Positions 1-11,564 of a stretch of DNA of 64,000 nucleotides are shown one piece after another. The stretch is from Anaerolineales bacterium (GTDB lineage: Bacteria > Chloroflexota > Anaerolineae > Anaerolineales > UBA11579): assembly GCA_026129255.1 (NCBI GenBank), contig JAHCIJ010000002.1, positions 785,087-849,086 on the forward strand. Reading direction: 5' to 3'. Made by a program: the position numbers and the translations under genes. How positions within the stretch are numbered: the first letter of the stretch is position 1; every line of letters starts with the position of its first letter. The notes below the pieces were generated by a model, which saw only the letters and a list, made by a program, of their open reading frames with translations, searched no databases and was not told the DNA's origin.

Positions 1-39
1 CGCGCCCGCCGCGTACAGCGGCGCGAGGACAAGCCCATC

Positions 40-927
40 GTGAACCGCCTGGCAGGCGCCACCAAGGCGGCCACCAGTATGCCGCGCATGGTGGCGCGCA
101 ACGCCCAAACCGAGCGCCGTTTGCAAGAGCTTGCCGAGCGCAAACACCGCCGCCCGCGCTACATCAAGCTGGCCGAGGCCGGCGCCGAGCTGCGCTTGCC
201 GGCGCTGCCCAGCGTGCAGGTGGGCTGGCGCGTCGTCTCGGCGGCGTTGGTGGCTGGCTGTCTGTTGCTGCTGTATAGCATGGCCACTGCGGCCAGCTTC
301 CGCGTGGCGCGTGTAGAGCTGCAGGGCGCGCAGCGTGTGGATGGCCACGCCATCAACAATGCCCTCGGCATCAGCGGCCAGAGCATCTTTGCCATCGAGC
401 CGGACAAACTGTACACCACGCTGCGTGACCAGTTCCCCGAATTGGAGCGCATCGCCGTCAGCATCGGCTTCCCCGGCGGCGTCACCGTCACCGTCAAGGA
501 GCGCGAGCCGCTCATCGTGTGGGAGCAGGCCGGGCTGACGCTGTGGGTGGATGCGGCCGGTGTGGCCTTCATCCCGCAAGGCGATGCCAGCGGGCTGATC
601 CGCGTCGGCGCACTGGATGCGCCGCCCGCCCTGGCGGGCAACGCGCCGGAGAGCCACCAGTTCATCCGCCCGGAGATGGTCTTCGCCATCCAGGCGCTGG
701 ACCGCATTGCCCCGGAGGATGCGCCGCTCATCTATGACCCCAAGCTGGGCTTCGGCTGGAACGACCCCGGCGGTTGGCAGGCTTACTTTGGCCAGGATGG
801 CAAGGATATTGACCAGCGTCTGGCCGTGTACTTGCAGATATTGGATGAACTTCGCGTGCGCCGCCTGGTGCCTACGCTTATCAGCGTGGCCCAGCTGCAC
901 GCCCCGTACTACAGGATGGACTACTAA
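40..927 (+). CDS. ftsQ: Cell division protein FtsQ (POTRA/DivIB-type). The frame is open back to base 1, so the true start may be upstream of the window
   Basis: 295-aa ORF. It has a single TM helix (VVSAALVAGCLLLLYSMA) followed by a POTRA-like FRVARVELQGAQRV...VTVTVKEREP. Its stop abuts the ftsA start (TAA ATG at 925-930), giving the conserved ftsQAZ order. Confidence 0.8.
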   Translation: MNRLAGATKAATSMPRMVARNAQTERRLQELAERKHRRPRYIKLAEAGAELRLPALPSVQVGWRVVSAALVAGCLLLLYSMATAASFRVARVELQGAQRVDGHAINNALGISGQSIFAIEPDKLYTTLRDQFPELERIAVSIGFPGGVTVTVKEREPLIVWEQAGLTLWVDAAGVAFIPQGDASGLIRVGALDAPPALAGNAPESHQFIRPEMVFAIQALDRIAPEDAPLIYDPKLGFGWNDPGGWQAYFGQDGKDIDQRLAVYLQILDELRVRRLVPTLISVAQLHAPYYRMDY

Positions 928-2154
928 ATGGCAGCACCTATTGTTGTTGGTATTGATATCGGCACCACCAAAGTCTGCACCATTGTGGCGCGTGTGGAGC
1001 AAGACGGCCGCGTGCGCGTGCTGGGTGTGGGCATTGAGCCTTCGCAGGGCGTGCGTAAGGGCACCGTGGTGGACATTAACGGCGCCACGCGCGCCATCGG
1101 CCACTCCATCGACAAGGCCGAGCGCAGCTCTGGGTTGGAGATCACCTCGGCGCTGGTCAGCCTGGCGGGGGCACATGTCACCTCCACCAACAACATCGGC
1201 GCGGTGGGCATCGCCAACCGCGTCATCAGCCACGACGATGTTTCGCGCGCCCTGGATGTAGCGCGTGCCGTGGCTATCCCGCACAACCGCGAAGTCATCC
1301 ATGTCATCCAACGCGGCTTCGTGGTGGACGGGCAGGATGGGATTGCCTTGCCGGTGGGCATGCATGGCTATCGCCTGGAGGCGCAGGTGCATATCATCAC
1401 CGCCGCTTCGTCGGTGGTGGATAACCTGCGCCAATGCGTAGCCGAGTCCAACGTGGGGGTGAGCCAGTTCGTGCTCAACCCGCTGGCCTCGGCCGAGGCG
1501 GTGCTCACGCCCACGGAGCGCGAGATGGGCGTGGTGGTGTGTGACATCGGTGGCGGCACGACGGATATGGCCATCTTCGTTGAAGGCGATGTGCAGCACA
1601 CCAGTGTGCTGGGGGTGGGCGGTAACCACGTCTCCTCAGACATCGCTCACGGCCTGCGCTTGCCGTTTTCGCAGGCCGAGGAGATCAAGCTGCGCTACGG
1701 CCACGCGTTGCCCAGCGAGGTAGACCCCACTGAAGTTTTCGCCGTGAAACCTGTTGGCGCGGCCGAGGCGATCGACATCAATCGCCACGAGATGAGCGAG
1801 ATCATCGAAGCACGCATGGAAGAAGTCTTCACCCTGCTGCACGAGGAGCTGGGCCGCACCGCGTATGCCGAGCTGTTGCCGGCGGGCTTGGTGCTCACCG
1901 GCGGTAGCAGCGCCCTCAAGGGTCTGCCTGAGCTGGCCAGCCGCGTGCTGGGTATGCCTGTGCGGATCGGCCAGCCGGAGAAACTCACCGGCATCGTAGA
2001 CAAACTGCAATCCCCCGCGTATGCCACCAGCGTTGGCCTGTTGAAGTGGGCCGTGCTAATGAATGAGATCTCGCCTGACACGCAATCCATGAACGGCAAC
2101 GGCAGAGACAAGGGTTTTGATTGGAAGGAGGTCGTCCGCCGTTTCCTGCCCTAA
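928..2154 (+). CDS. ftsA: Cell division protein FtsA (actin-like ATPase)
   Basis: N-terminus VVGIDIGTTKVCTIVA, internal VCDIGGGTTDMAIF and LTGGSSALKGL phosphate/adenosine motifs; lies between ftsQ and ftsZ. Confidence 0.95.
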   Translation: MAAPIVVGIDIGTTKVCTIVARVEQDGRVRVLGVGIEPSQGVRKGTVVDINGATRAIGHSIDKAERSSGLEITSALVSLAGAHVTSTNNIGAVGIANRVISHDDVSRALDVARAVAIPHNREVIHVIQRGFVVDGQDGIALPVGMHGYRLEAQVHIITAASSVVDNLRQCVAESNVGVSQFVLNPLASAEAVLTPTEREMGVVVCDIGGGTTDMAIFVEGDVQHTSVLGVGGNHVSSDIAHGLRLPFSQAEEIKLRYGHALPSEVDPTEVFAVKPVGAAEAIDINRHEMSEIIEARMEEVFTLLHEELGRTAYAELLPAGLVLTGGSSALKGLPELASRVLGMPVRIGQPEKLTGIVDKLQSPAYATSVGLLKWAVLMNEISPDTQSMNGNGRDKGFDWKEVVRRFLP

Positions 2155-2248
2155 ATTACGGGCAGAAAAAAGCGGATACCTCTATAGTTGAATCTTAAGT
2201 GTCGCTGTCTGGCGCTTGAGATACAAAGAATTAGCTTGGAGGAGCTAA

Positions 2249-3367
2249 ATGGCACAGAACAATCACACTGAATCGATTGCTCGCATCAAAGTAGTGGGTG
2301 TGGGCGGCGGCGGTTGCAACGCCGTCAACCGTATGATCGAGCAGGGCATGCCGGGCATTGAGTTCGTGGCGGTGAACACGGACGCGCAGGCCCTGCAGGC
2401 CTGCAAAGCGCCTACGCATGTACGTATTGGCGATAAAAAGACGCGCGGCATGGGCTCTGGGGGCGACCCTGATATTGGCCGTGCCTCTGGTGAAGAGTCT
2501 GCCGAGGAGTTGTACAACGTGCTGCGTGGTGCAGACATGGTGTTCGTCACCGCCGGTATCGGCGGCGGCACCGGCACCGGGGCGGCGCCCATCGTGGCCC
2601 AGGTGGCGCGCGAAGTCGGCGCGCTGACCATCGGCGTGGTCACCAGCCCGTTTGACTTTGAAGGCAAGCGCCGCAAGCAGAATGCCGAAGCCGGCATTGC
2701 CCGCCTCAAAGAGCACGTCGATACCCTCATCGTCATCCCCAATGACCGCTTGCTGCAACTGGTAGACAAGCGCGCCGGTCTGAACGATGCCTTCCGCCTG
2801 GCCGATGATGTGCTGCGCCAGGGCGTGCAGGGCATCTCTGAACTCATCACCGTGCCCGGCCTGATCAACCTCGACTTTGCCGACGTGCGCACGATCATGT
2901 CGGAGGGTGGGGCAGCGCTGATGGCCGTCGGCGAAGCCGAAGGCGAGAACCGCGCCCAGATGGCCGCCGAAGCGGCGATCAACAGCCAACTGCTCGACAT
3001 CACCATTGATGGCGCGCGTGGCATTCTGTTCAACATCACCGGTGGCCCGGGCATGTCCCTCTTCGAGGTCAACACCGCCGCCGCCATCGTCAAGGAAACC
3101 GCCCACCCGGATGTCAACCTCATCTTCGGTGCGGTGATTGACGAGAGCATGGGCGACAAAGTGCGTATCACCGTCATCGCCACTGGCTTTGACCGCAAGG
3201 GCATGCCGCGCCGCATGCTGCGCACGCAGCCTGGTGCCCAGCAAACCGTCCAGGGTCACATTCAGGCGGCTCCGCAGGAGCCACGTGAAGACGAAATGGC
3301 CCAGGCCAACGTCAACCCCAAGGATCTGGATATTCCTACCTTCCTGCGCAACCGCGTGGGCCGGTAG
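2249..3367 (+). CDS. ftsZ: Cell division GTPase FtsZ
   Basis: [17 protein letters not shown] and the tubulin signature [20 protein letters not shown] upstream. Confidence 0.97.
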   Translation: MAQNNHTESIARIKVVGVGGGGCNAVNRMIEQGMPGIEFVAVNTDAQALQACKAPTHVRIGDKKTRGMGSGGDPDIGRASGEESAEELYNVLRGADMVFVTAGIGGGTGTGAAPIVAQVAREVGALTIGVVTSPFDFEGKRRKQNAEAGIARLKEHVDTLIVIPNDRLLQLVDKRAGLNDAFRLADDVLRQGVQGISELITVPGLINLDFADVRTIMSEGGAALMAVGEAEGENRAQMAAEAAINSQLLDITIDGARGILFNITGGPGMSLFEVNTAAAIVKETAHPDVNLIFGAVIDESMGDKVRITVIATGFDRKGMPRRMLRTQPGAQQTVQGHIQAAPQEPREDEMAQANVNPKDLDIPTFLRNRVGR

Positions 3368-3429
3368 CTCCTTGCTTTCCCCTCGTGTTGAGCGGGCGCA
3401 CGTCCGACCCTCCACGGAGCCCGTTTAAA

Positions 3430-3467
3430 GAACACGCCGCCTCACCGGGCGGCGTGTTCTTTTGTTT
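3430..3467 (+). terminator. Rho-independent terminator after ftsZ
   Basis: 12-bp perfect stem GAACACGCCGCC / GGCGGCGTGTTC followed by TTTTGTTT. Confidence 0.8.
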
Positions 3468-3504
3468 CCCTGCATGTGGATTATGATTTGCTCACGGAGG
3501 CGCT

Positions 3505-4593
3505 ATGGCTCGCAAAGTTACAGGCTACGTGGAACTCTATTGGGCCTGCCCAAGTTGTGGCAACCAGAACGCGGGAGCGCACGCCTACTGCATGTCGTGT
3601 GGCAGCCCGCAGCCACCCCAGGTTGACTTCCACCAGGGCCGCGTGAGCGAGCTGCTTACCGATGCTGAGAAGATCCGCCGTGCCCAGCAGGGTGCGGATA
3701 TCCACTGTGGCTTTTGCGGCACGCGCAACCCCTCCGACGCAAGCAACTGCTCCCGGTGCCAGGCGGACCTCGCTGCAGGGGCTAAACGCGGCTCCGGCAA
3801 AATCCTGGGTGCATTTAAGCCAGCTACCCATGGGGCTTATGCTCCGCTGGAATGCCCGCACTGCGGCGCGTATAACGCCGGCAACCGCCGCAGCTGTGGC
3901 AGTTGCGGCGGCAGCCTTGCGCCAGCCCCACAGCCAGCCAAGACGCCCGCCAAGCCGCAGGCTGGCAAACGCGGTTCGCGCGCATTCGTTATCGGCGCGC
4001 TGGTGCTGCTCTCGCTGTGCGCCATTGTGTACTTCCTTTTCTTGCGCACCAGCGAAATCGAGGCCACTGTTACAGGCGCCGAGTGGCAGCGTTCAGTTGT
4101 CGTGGAGCAGTTCGGTCTGGTGAGGTTGGAAGGCTGGATGGATGAAGTGCCGAACGGCGCAACCAACCTGTCTTGCCGCGAGCAAGCCCGCAGCACCCAG
4201 GCCCAGCCGCCCAGCAACGCCACGTACCGCGAAGTGTGTGGCACGGAATACGTGGTTGACACAGGCGGTGGCTTGGGAGAAGTAGCGCAGGATTGCATCT
4301 ACGAGGTGTACGCAGATTATTGCTCCTATACTGCCGAAGCATGGGAGACGTACGACACCGTTGAACTGAGAGGCGTAAACCTTAACCCGCAATGGCCGCA
4401 GCCCGCCCTCAGCTTTGATCAACGTCTGGGTGAACAGAAGGAAAGCTACGTATGCATATTCCGCTCCAGCGGCGATACCTACAGGTATCAGACCCATTCG
4501 TATAGCGAATTCCAGCGTTGTGTAACAGGCACGAATTGGCTGCTGAAGATCAATACCCTCGGGGGCGTTTCGTCCATCAGCCCCGCCAACTGA
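3505..4593 (+). CDS. Membrane-anchored multi-zinc-ribbon protein of unknown function
   Basis: Three CxxC...CxxC ribbons (CPSCGN..CMSCGS; CGFCGT..CSRCQA; CPHCGA..CGSCGG). These are followed by a TM helix (AFVIGALVLLSLCAIVYFLFL) and a Cys-containing extracytoplasmic domain. Confidence 0.6.
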   Translation: MARKVTGYVELYWACPSCGNQNAGAHAYCMSCGSPQPPQVDFHQGRVSELLTDAEKIRRAQQGADIHCGFCGTRNPSDASNCSRCQADLAAGAKRGSGKILGAFKPATHGAYAPLECPHCGAYNAGNRRSCGSCGGSLAPAPQPAKTPAKPQAGKRGSRAFVIGALVLLSLCAIVYFLFLRTSEIEATVTGAEWQRSVVVEQFGLVRLEGWMDEVPNGATNLSCREQARSTQAQPPSNATYREVCGTEYVVDTGGGLGEVAQDCIYEVYADYCSYTAEAWETYDTVELRGVNLNPQWPQPALSFDQRLGEQKESYVCIFRSSGDTYRYQTHSYSEFQRCVTGTNWLLKINTLGGVSSISPAN

Positions 4594-4714
4594 TCTGGGG
4601 GCGCTAGCTATACGCCTCTTCCACGCGCGACTTAAAGTTTTGAAAATCAAGCAATTCGTTCCCCCAAACGCTTGCGTGCCCTAAACGTGCGTGCTAGAAT
4701 GACGCACTTTTCGC

Positions 4715-4756
4715 CCGAAATATAGCGGTACTTTTGTACTGCAACCCATATATGGG
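4715..4756 (+). promoter_or_regulatory. Candidate tandem NrdR boxes upstream of nrdR-nrdJ
   Basis: Perfect palindrome CCCATATATGGG (4745-4756) and imperfect palindrome CCGAAATATAGCGG (4715-4728). Both are AT-centred like the NrdR-box consensus. Their centres are about 29 bp apart and lie 35-75 bp upstream of the nrdR ATG. Confidence 0.45.
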
Positions 4757-4792
4757 GGCAATAGTGCATGCAAGAGAGGTAATTCGCCAAAT

Positions 4793-5254
4793 ATGTTGTG
4801 CCCGCATTGCAAAGACGCCAACCAGGAAGGCAGCAAGGTGATCGACACCACGCATGACGCGCGTGGTGGCATCCGCCGCCGCCGTGAATGCAAGAACTGT
4901 GGCAAGCGCTACAGCACCTATGAGCGCCCGATCCTGGCTGCGCCGCTGATCATCAAGAGTGATGGTGGCCGCGAGGAGTTTGACCGCGAGAAGCTGATGC
5001 ACAGCGTGCAGTTGGCTTGCGTGAAACTGCCTGTCGCTGTCGCCGAGATCGATCGTTTGGTAGGTGAGATTGAAACCAAACTGATGCAAATGGAGAAGTC
5101 TGAAGTCTCATCCCGTGTGGTGGGTGACATGGTGCTGGCCGGTCTCAAAGACCTCAGCGAAATCGCCTACATCCGCTTCGCCCTGGTCTATCTGGGCCTG
5201 AATGACCTGCAGGCCATCCGCAAAGAAGTCGATAGTCTCATCGCTTCAAGCTAA
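4793..5254 (+). CDS. nrdR: Transcriptional repressor NrdR (zinc ribbon + ATP-cone)
   Basis: MLCPHCK...[14 protein letters not shown] zinc ribbon followed by an ATP-cone (REEFDREKL...YIRFA). Confidence 0.95.
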   Translation: MLCPHCKDANQEGSKVIDTTHDARGGIRRRRECKNCGKRYSTYERPILAAPLIIKSDGGREEFDREKLMHSVQLACVKLPVAVAEIDRLVGEIETKLMQMEKSEVSSRVVGDMVLAGLKDLSEIAYIRFALVYLGLNDLQAIRKEVDSLIASS

Positions 5255-5309
5255 GTCAAACGACACTCTGCCCGCAGAGGGGCGCAGTGTCGCATTGTCG
5301 CCCCGTTCG

Positions 5310-7907
<2,598 letters not shown>

Positions 7908-7982
7908 GCTGGGCGAAGCCCAGCCTTTGGCCTTGCTACTCGGCTAGCGCCGAGTAACGCAACGCGGCATATAAGGGGAGAG

Positions 7983-9857
7983 ATGTCTTTTTCTAAAGAG
8001 GAAGTTAAGTTAGCGGCCAGCCTCAAGAAAGGTAATCTGGTTGTCCTAACTGGCGCGGGGATTTCTCACTCTTGGCCATCTGGATTGCCCTTGGCGGGGC
8101 AGATATCATCAGCGCTTGTTTCTCTTCTTGTAAATCAGGCTCATCTTTCTAATGACCTTTCCTTTGTTCAACTAAAGATTGAAAAACTAATCGCAAAAAT
8201 CCCAATGGAACTTTTGTGGGAGAGTTTAGCAGAGGGTGTTGGCGAAAAAGTACTTGAAGCACTTAAGGTCTTAGATACTGACCAGCCAAATATGGATCAT
8301 TTTGCTATTGTGGCTGCGTACAAGAAGTTGGACCTTGTAATTGCAACTCTAAACTTTGACCTTCTGCATGAGAAAGCAATCAAAGACTTACGACACGTAA
8401 AAGCTAATTCAGTTTCTTCAGCAGAAGAATTCGAGACCTTCCTCAGAGGGCACAGAACAAGACCCCATGTTTTGCATATTCATGGATCTTTTTCAAGCTT
8501 TGATACCCTAGTTTCTACTGTCGGTTCTGTGGGCATGGGCCTTGCTTCACACAAAAAGCAAGCTCTAATGACTCTGTTTGAGTCCCATGACATTTTGTGT
8601 GCAGGGTATAGCGACAATGATAGTGATCTATTGCCCTTGTTGGGAAAATTGCAGAAGCAACTATTCTGGTATCAGTTCAGCGGTGACCTGCCTAAAGGAA
8701 TCAAATACGTCCAGAGAAAACTAGGCGATAGATTTATTCTTGTTAAACGAAGTGCTAATGAGGCCACTTTTGCAGAGAAACTTGCTCGCTTGGACCCCTC
8801 AATCAGATCCCAGCTTCAAAAAGTGAAGTTCAAGGAAGTTAAGAATATCCAGCAAACTGATGTTTGGACAGAGCGAGCTTCTAGAATTGCAGGTTCCGTG
8901 TATAAGAATTTCCCCTCATCTGCAAAGGGCAGAGTGGCTATGAGCCGATTTGTGTTAGCCAAGCTTTTTGATGAGATTGGTGAACGTGAGTATGCGCTTA
9001 AGCTACTCTCGGCTGCTAAAGGAGTGGGCTGGAGAAACTCTCAATTTCAGTATCGCAGCTACATGCGAGGAGGTCACGCGTTAGAAAGACTTGGTGACAA
9101 GAATAGTTTGATCTCTGCGGTCAAATCATATAGCGAGGCAAAACGTATAAATGCTAGCTCAAAAATGAAACTAGATGCTGAATTGGCCTTATCCTCAGCA
9201 CAGCTAGGACTGTGGAAACGATACCCTTGGCGCCTCATTGACTTGCTACAGTGGTCGCATTCTGCAAGAAAACTTCTTTATACACGCCATAGTGCACTCA
9301 AGCAACGTGCATACTGGGAATTTGGCGACTGGTATCATTTTTTAGGTGAGTACCTTGTTGTTCCTTCAGCGGTGCTTGCTCGTCTTTTTAAAATAGAGCT
9401 AAGCGGAGAAGGAAACCTTCTAAGACTGTTGTCTGTAATTGATAAAGCAGTGTTGTTCCTTTTAATGCCCATTCGTAGAGAACTTCTTAAGAGAGCATTT
9501 TTCTTTTATGCGTCGGGTGTAAGGCTCGGATTTAGGACGCTGAAGGATGATGTCCCAGCCTTTACTGCCTTGGGAATAGTGCGAATGGTTGAAGTGCTAG
9601 CCGCTCTTGGAAGAATCCAACAAGCTGCATTTTTTGCAAAGAATTTTGTTTCGAGAAGTCACGCACTATTTTCCTGGGCTAAAAGTTCGCACGGGAATGG
9701 AGTTACTGTGTGCTCAGAAGGCGTAAGGCTTTTTTACGCCGGCAAACTCTCGACCTCAGTTGCAAAACTTAAAAGAGCAAGGACGCTTTTTGGTACACAT
9801 GGATCAGGCATAGTCAAAGTGGATGTTTTTTTATACAGGGTTAAATATTGGACGTAA
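7983..9857 (+). CDS. SIR2-like (SIR2_2-type) domain protein with a helical-repeat C-terminal region; candidate NADase defence effector
   Basis: 624-aa ORF in an AT-rich block. Motifs VVLTGAGIS, IATLNFDLLHE and VLHIHGS. The C-terminal ~370 aa looks TPR-like/helical and has no Walker A. RBS AAGGGGAGAG. Confidence 0.65.
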   Translation: MSFSKEEVKLAASLKKGNLVVLTGAGISHSWPSGLPLAGQISSALVSLLVNQAHLSNDLSFVQLKIEKLIAKIPMELLWESLAEGVGEKVLEALKVLDTDQPNMDHFAIVAAYKKLDLVIATLNFDLLHEKAIKDLRHVKANSVSSAEEFETFLRGHRTRPHVLHIHGSFSSFDTLVSTVGSVGMGLASHKKQALMTLFESHDILCAGYSDNDSDLLPLLGKLQKQLFWYQFSGDLPKGIKYVQRKLGDRFILVKRSANEATFAEKLARLDPSIRSQLQKVKFKEVKNIQQTDVWTERASRIAGSVYKNFPSSAKGRVAMSRFVLAKLFDEIGEREYALKLLSAAKGVGWRNSQFQYRSYMRGGHALERLGDKNSLISAVKSYSEAKRINASSKMKLDAELALSSAQLGLWKRYPWRLIDLLQWSHSARKLLYTRHSALKQRAYWEFGDWYHFLGEYLVVPSAVLARLFKIELSGEGNLLRLLSVIDKAVLFLLMPIRRELLKRAFFFYASGVRLGFRTLKDDVPAFTALGIVRMVEVLAALGRIQQAAFFAKNFVSRSHALFSWAKSSHGNGVTVCSEGVRLFYAGKLSTSVAKLKRARTLFGTHGSGIVKVDVFLYRVKYWT

Positions 9858-9882
9858 CCGGTACTTCACATGTAGTGTTTTT

Positions 9883-10482
9883 CTATTCTATTGTGTTCAC
9901 CACCACCGCAAACACAACTCCCGCCGCCACAATCGCGCCCGAAATCAGCGCCCACAGCGTGCCCTGCGAGCTGGCCACCCCGGCGAAAAACGGCGTATTG
10001 TGCCCGGGCCCAATGGCGAAGCCCAGCGCCGCCAGCGCCATGCGCCCGGCCGCCTGCTTGCTGCGGCCAACAAGCAGGCCCAGCAGCCCACCGACGATCG
10101 CCGAGGTGAGGAACAGGTCAATTGCGAAACGGGCCAGGATGGTGCCCAACTTGCCGGGCAGCGCCTGGTTGCGGAACACCATGTTGGCGATCGGCTCCTG
10201 CACGCTGCTGGCGAAGTAAGCTGCCACCTGCGTCAGCGTCAGCAGGGCGGTGAAGGCCAGCACCGCCAGCCAGATGTTGCGCGGCAGCCGCGGGCGCAAC
10301 GCCTCAAAGGCCCACGCCACTAGCAGCCCGGCCAGCACCGCCACCACCGCGCCGAACGGGGCAATGAACCAGATCGGCACGATCAACACCTGGTGGATCA
10401 GCAGGAAGGCCAGGAAGCCAGCCAGCCCGGCCAATGCGCCCGCCATGGCATAACGACTCGTCAGGAACGGTTTTGAGGCCAT
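9883..10482 (-). CDS. Polytopic membrane protein, unknown function
   Basis: 199-aa ORF that is hydrophobic throughout (about 6 predicted TM segments), with backbone-like high GC. Confidence 0.6.
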   Translation of the reverse strand: MASKPFLTSRYAMAGALAGLAGFLAFLLIHQVLIVPIWFIAPFGAVVAVLAGLLVAWAFEALRPRLPRNIWLAVLAFTALLTLTQVAAYFASSVQEPIANMVFRNQALPGKLGTILARFAIDLFLTSAIVGGLLGLLVGRSKQAAGRMALAALGFAIGPGHNTPFFAGVASSQGTLWALISGAIVAAGVVFAVVVNTIE

Positions 10483-10531
10483 TTCTGTATCCTAATCGAT
10501 TAATCCACGGAACCGCGAGCTGCATGAAAGC

Positions 10532-10565
10532 AAAAAGGCCTGCAGATTTCTGCAGGCCTTTTTTG
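10532..10565 (-). terminator. Terminator hairpin downstream of the 10633-11466 gene (A/T tracts on both sides)
   Basis: AAAAAGGCCTGCAG-ATTT-CTGCAGGCCTTTTTT. Confidence 0.75.
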
Positions 10566-10632
10566 TTGGTTACTTGAGCGGTTGCCGCATGAAAAATGCG
10601 GCTAACCGCAGCAATCCCCCAAGCTGGGGTGT

Positions 10633-11466
10633 TTACGGAATCGAGACCGTGAGCGTGTAGTCCACTGTGCGGCCGCCCTGCGGCACTACTTCGATGATGT
10701 AGTACTGCGTAGCGGGCAGGTTGAGGTTGAAGTTGGTCACGCCGTTCTGCGCCCGCGCATACGGCTCGCCGGTGTTGAAGCCCCAAATGGTCAGGGCTGC
10801 ATCGCTGGCGTTGGTGTTCACGCTCACCGAGAGATGCTGACCAGCCGTGGCGTAGATGGTATAGGTGACCGGGTTGCCGCCCACCGTCTTGCCGGTGTAG
10901 GTAGCGCTGCTCGTGCCGCTGGCAAAGCTCACCGGCACGGCAAACGCCACCGAAAGCGTAAAGTCCTGGGCGCTGTTGCCGCCGATCACGGTGAACTCAT
11001 AGTCCTGCGTCTTGGTCAGCAGCGTGCGGTAGGAGTTGTAGCGTAGCGAGTCGGCCAGCAATGTGCTGCCGTCGGCGCCCTTGATCTCCAGGATGGCTGT
11101 GCTGGCCGGGGTGAACAGGTTGGCGATGATCACCTGGTTGGCCGCCGCGCCGGCTCTAAAGCTCACGCGCTGGTTGGCCTCCACGCGGCCCGTCACCACG
11201 CCAGTGGTGGCGCCAGTGGCCAGGTTGATGCGGCCTTCTTCCTGCGTGGGGGTGGGCGCCGGGGTCTCGGTGGCGGTCGCTTCGGGTTCCGGGGTCTCTG
11301 TGGGCGGCGCCTCTGTAGGCGGCACGCTGGCCGCCGTCTCGCTGCTCACGGCGGCCAGCGTGCTGGCCACCACGGTGAACAGGGCATTGCTGTCTGGCGT
11401 GGGCGCAGCGCTGCCACAGGCTGCCAGCAGCAGCATCAAAACAAGCAACAAACTAATTTTTCCCAT
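10633..11466 (-). CDS. Secreted lipoprotein, beta-rich, unknown function
   Basis: Lipobox signal MGKISLLLVLMLLLAAC, then a Pro/Thr/Glu linker, then a beta-sandwich-like repeat region. Confidence 0.6.
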   Translation of the reverse strand: MGKISLLLVLMLLLAACGSAAPTPDSNALFTVVASTLAAVSSETAASVPPTEAPPTETPEPEATATETPAPTPTQEEGRINLATGATTGVVTGRVEANQRVSFRAGAAANQVIIANLFTPASTAILEIKGADGSTLLADSLRYNSYRTLLTKTQDYEFTVIGGNSAQDFTLSVAFAVPVSFASGTSSATYTGKTVGGNPVTYTIYATAGQHLSVSVNTNASDAALTIWGFNTGEPYARAQNGVTNFNLNLPATQYYIIEVVPQGGRTVDYTLTVSIP

Positions 11467-11564
11467 CTCTTCTCTCCTTCTTGATCTGCAGTAATTATCT
11501 CACTAGAAAATTAACACCAGAATTGCAGAATCGTCCCGCGCGCGTTTATGTATACTTCAACACA

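Noticed and set aside
2231-3415. 394-aa antisense ORF covering ftsZ. Similar long shadow ORFs lie opposite nrdJ, sufC (31161-31934), the ABC genes (53999-55297, 54699-55532), valS (48344-49516), SHMT-GcvT and others
   Set aside because: These are typical stop-poor antisense frames of high-GC DNA. Each overlaps a strongly motif-supported gene on the other strand and has Arg/Ala/Gly/His-rich low-complexity composition.
5202-5309. Upstream extension of the nrdJ ORF overlapping the 3' end of nrdR
   Set aside because: The extension has no RNR similarity and overlaps nrdR. ATG 5310/5322 gives a normal N-terminus.
9823-10323. 166-aa and 123-aa plus-strand ORFs following the SIR2-like gene, considered as possible partner genes
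   Set aside because: They are high-GC, Arg/Pro/Ala-rich, and entirely antisense to the hydrophobic membrane-protein gene 9883-10482. They are not part of the AT-rich insertion.
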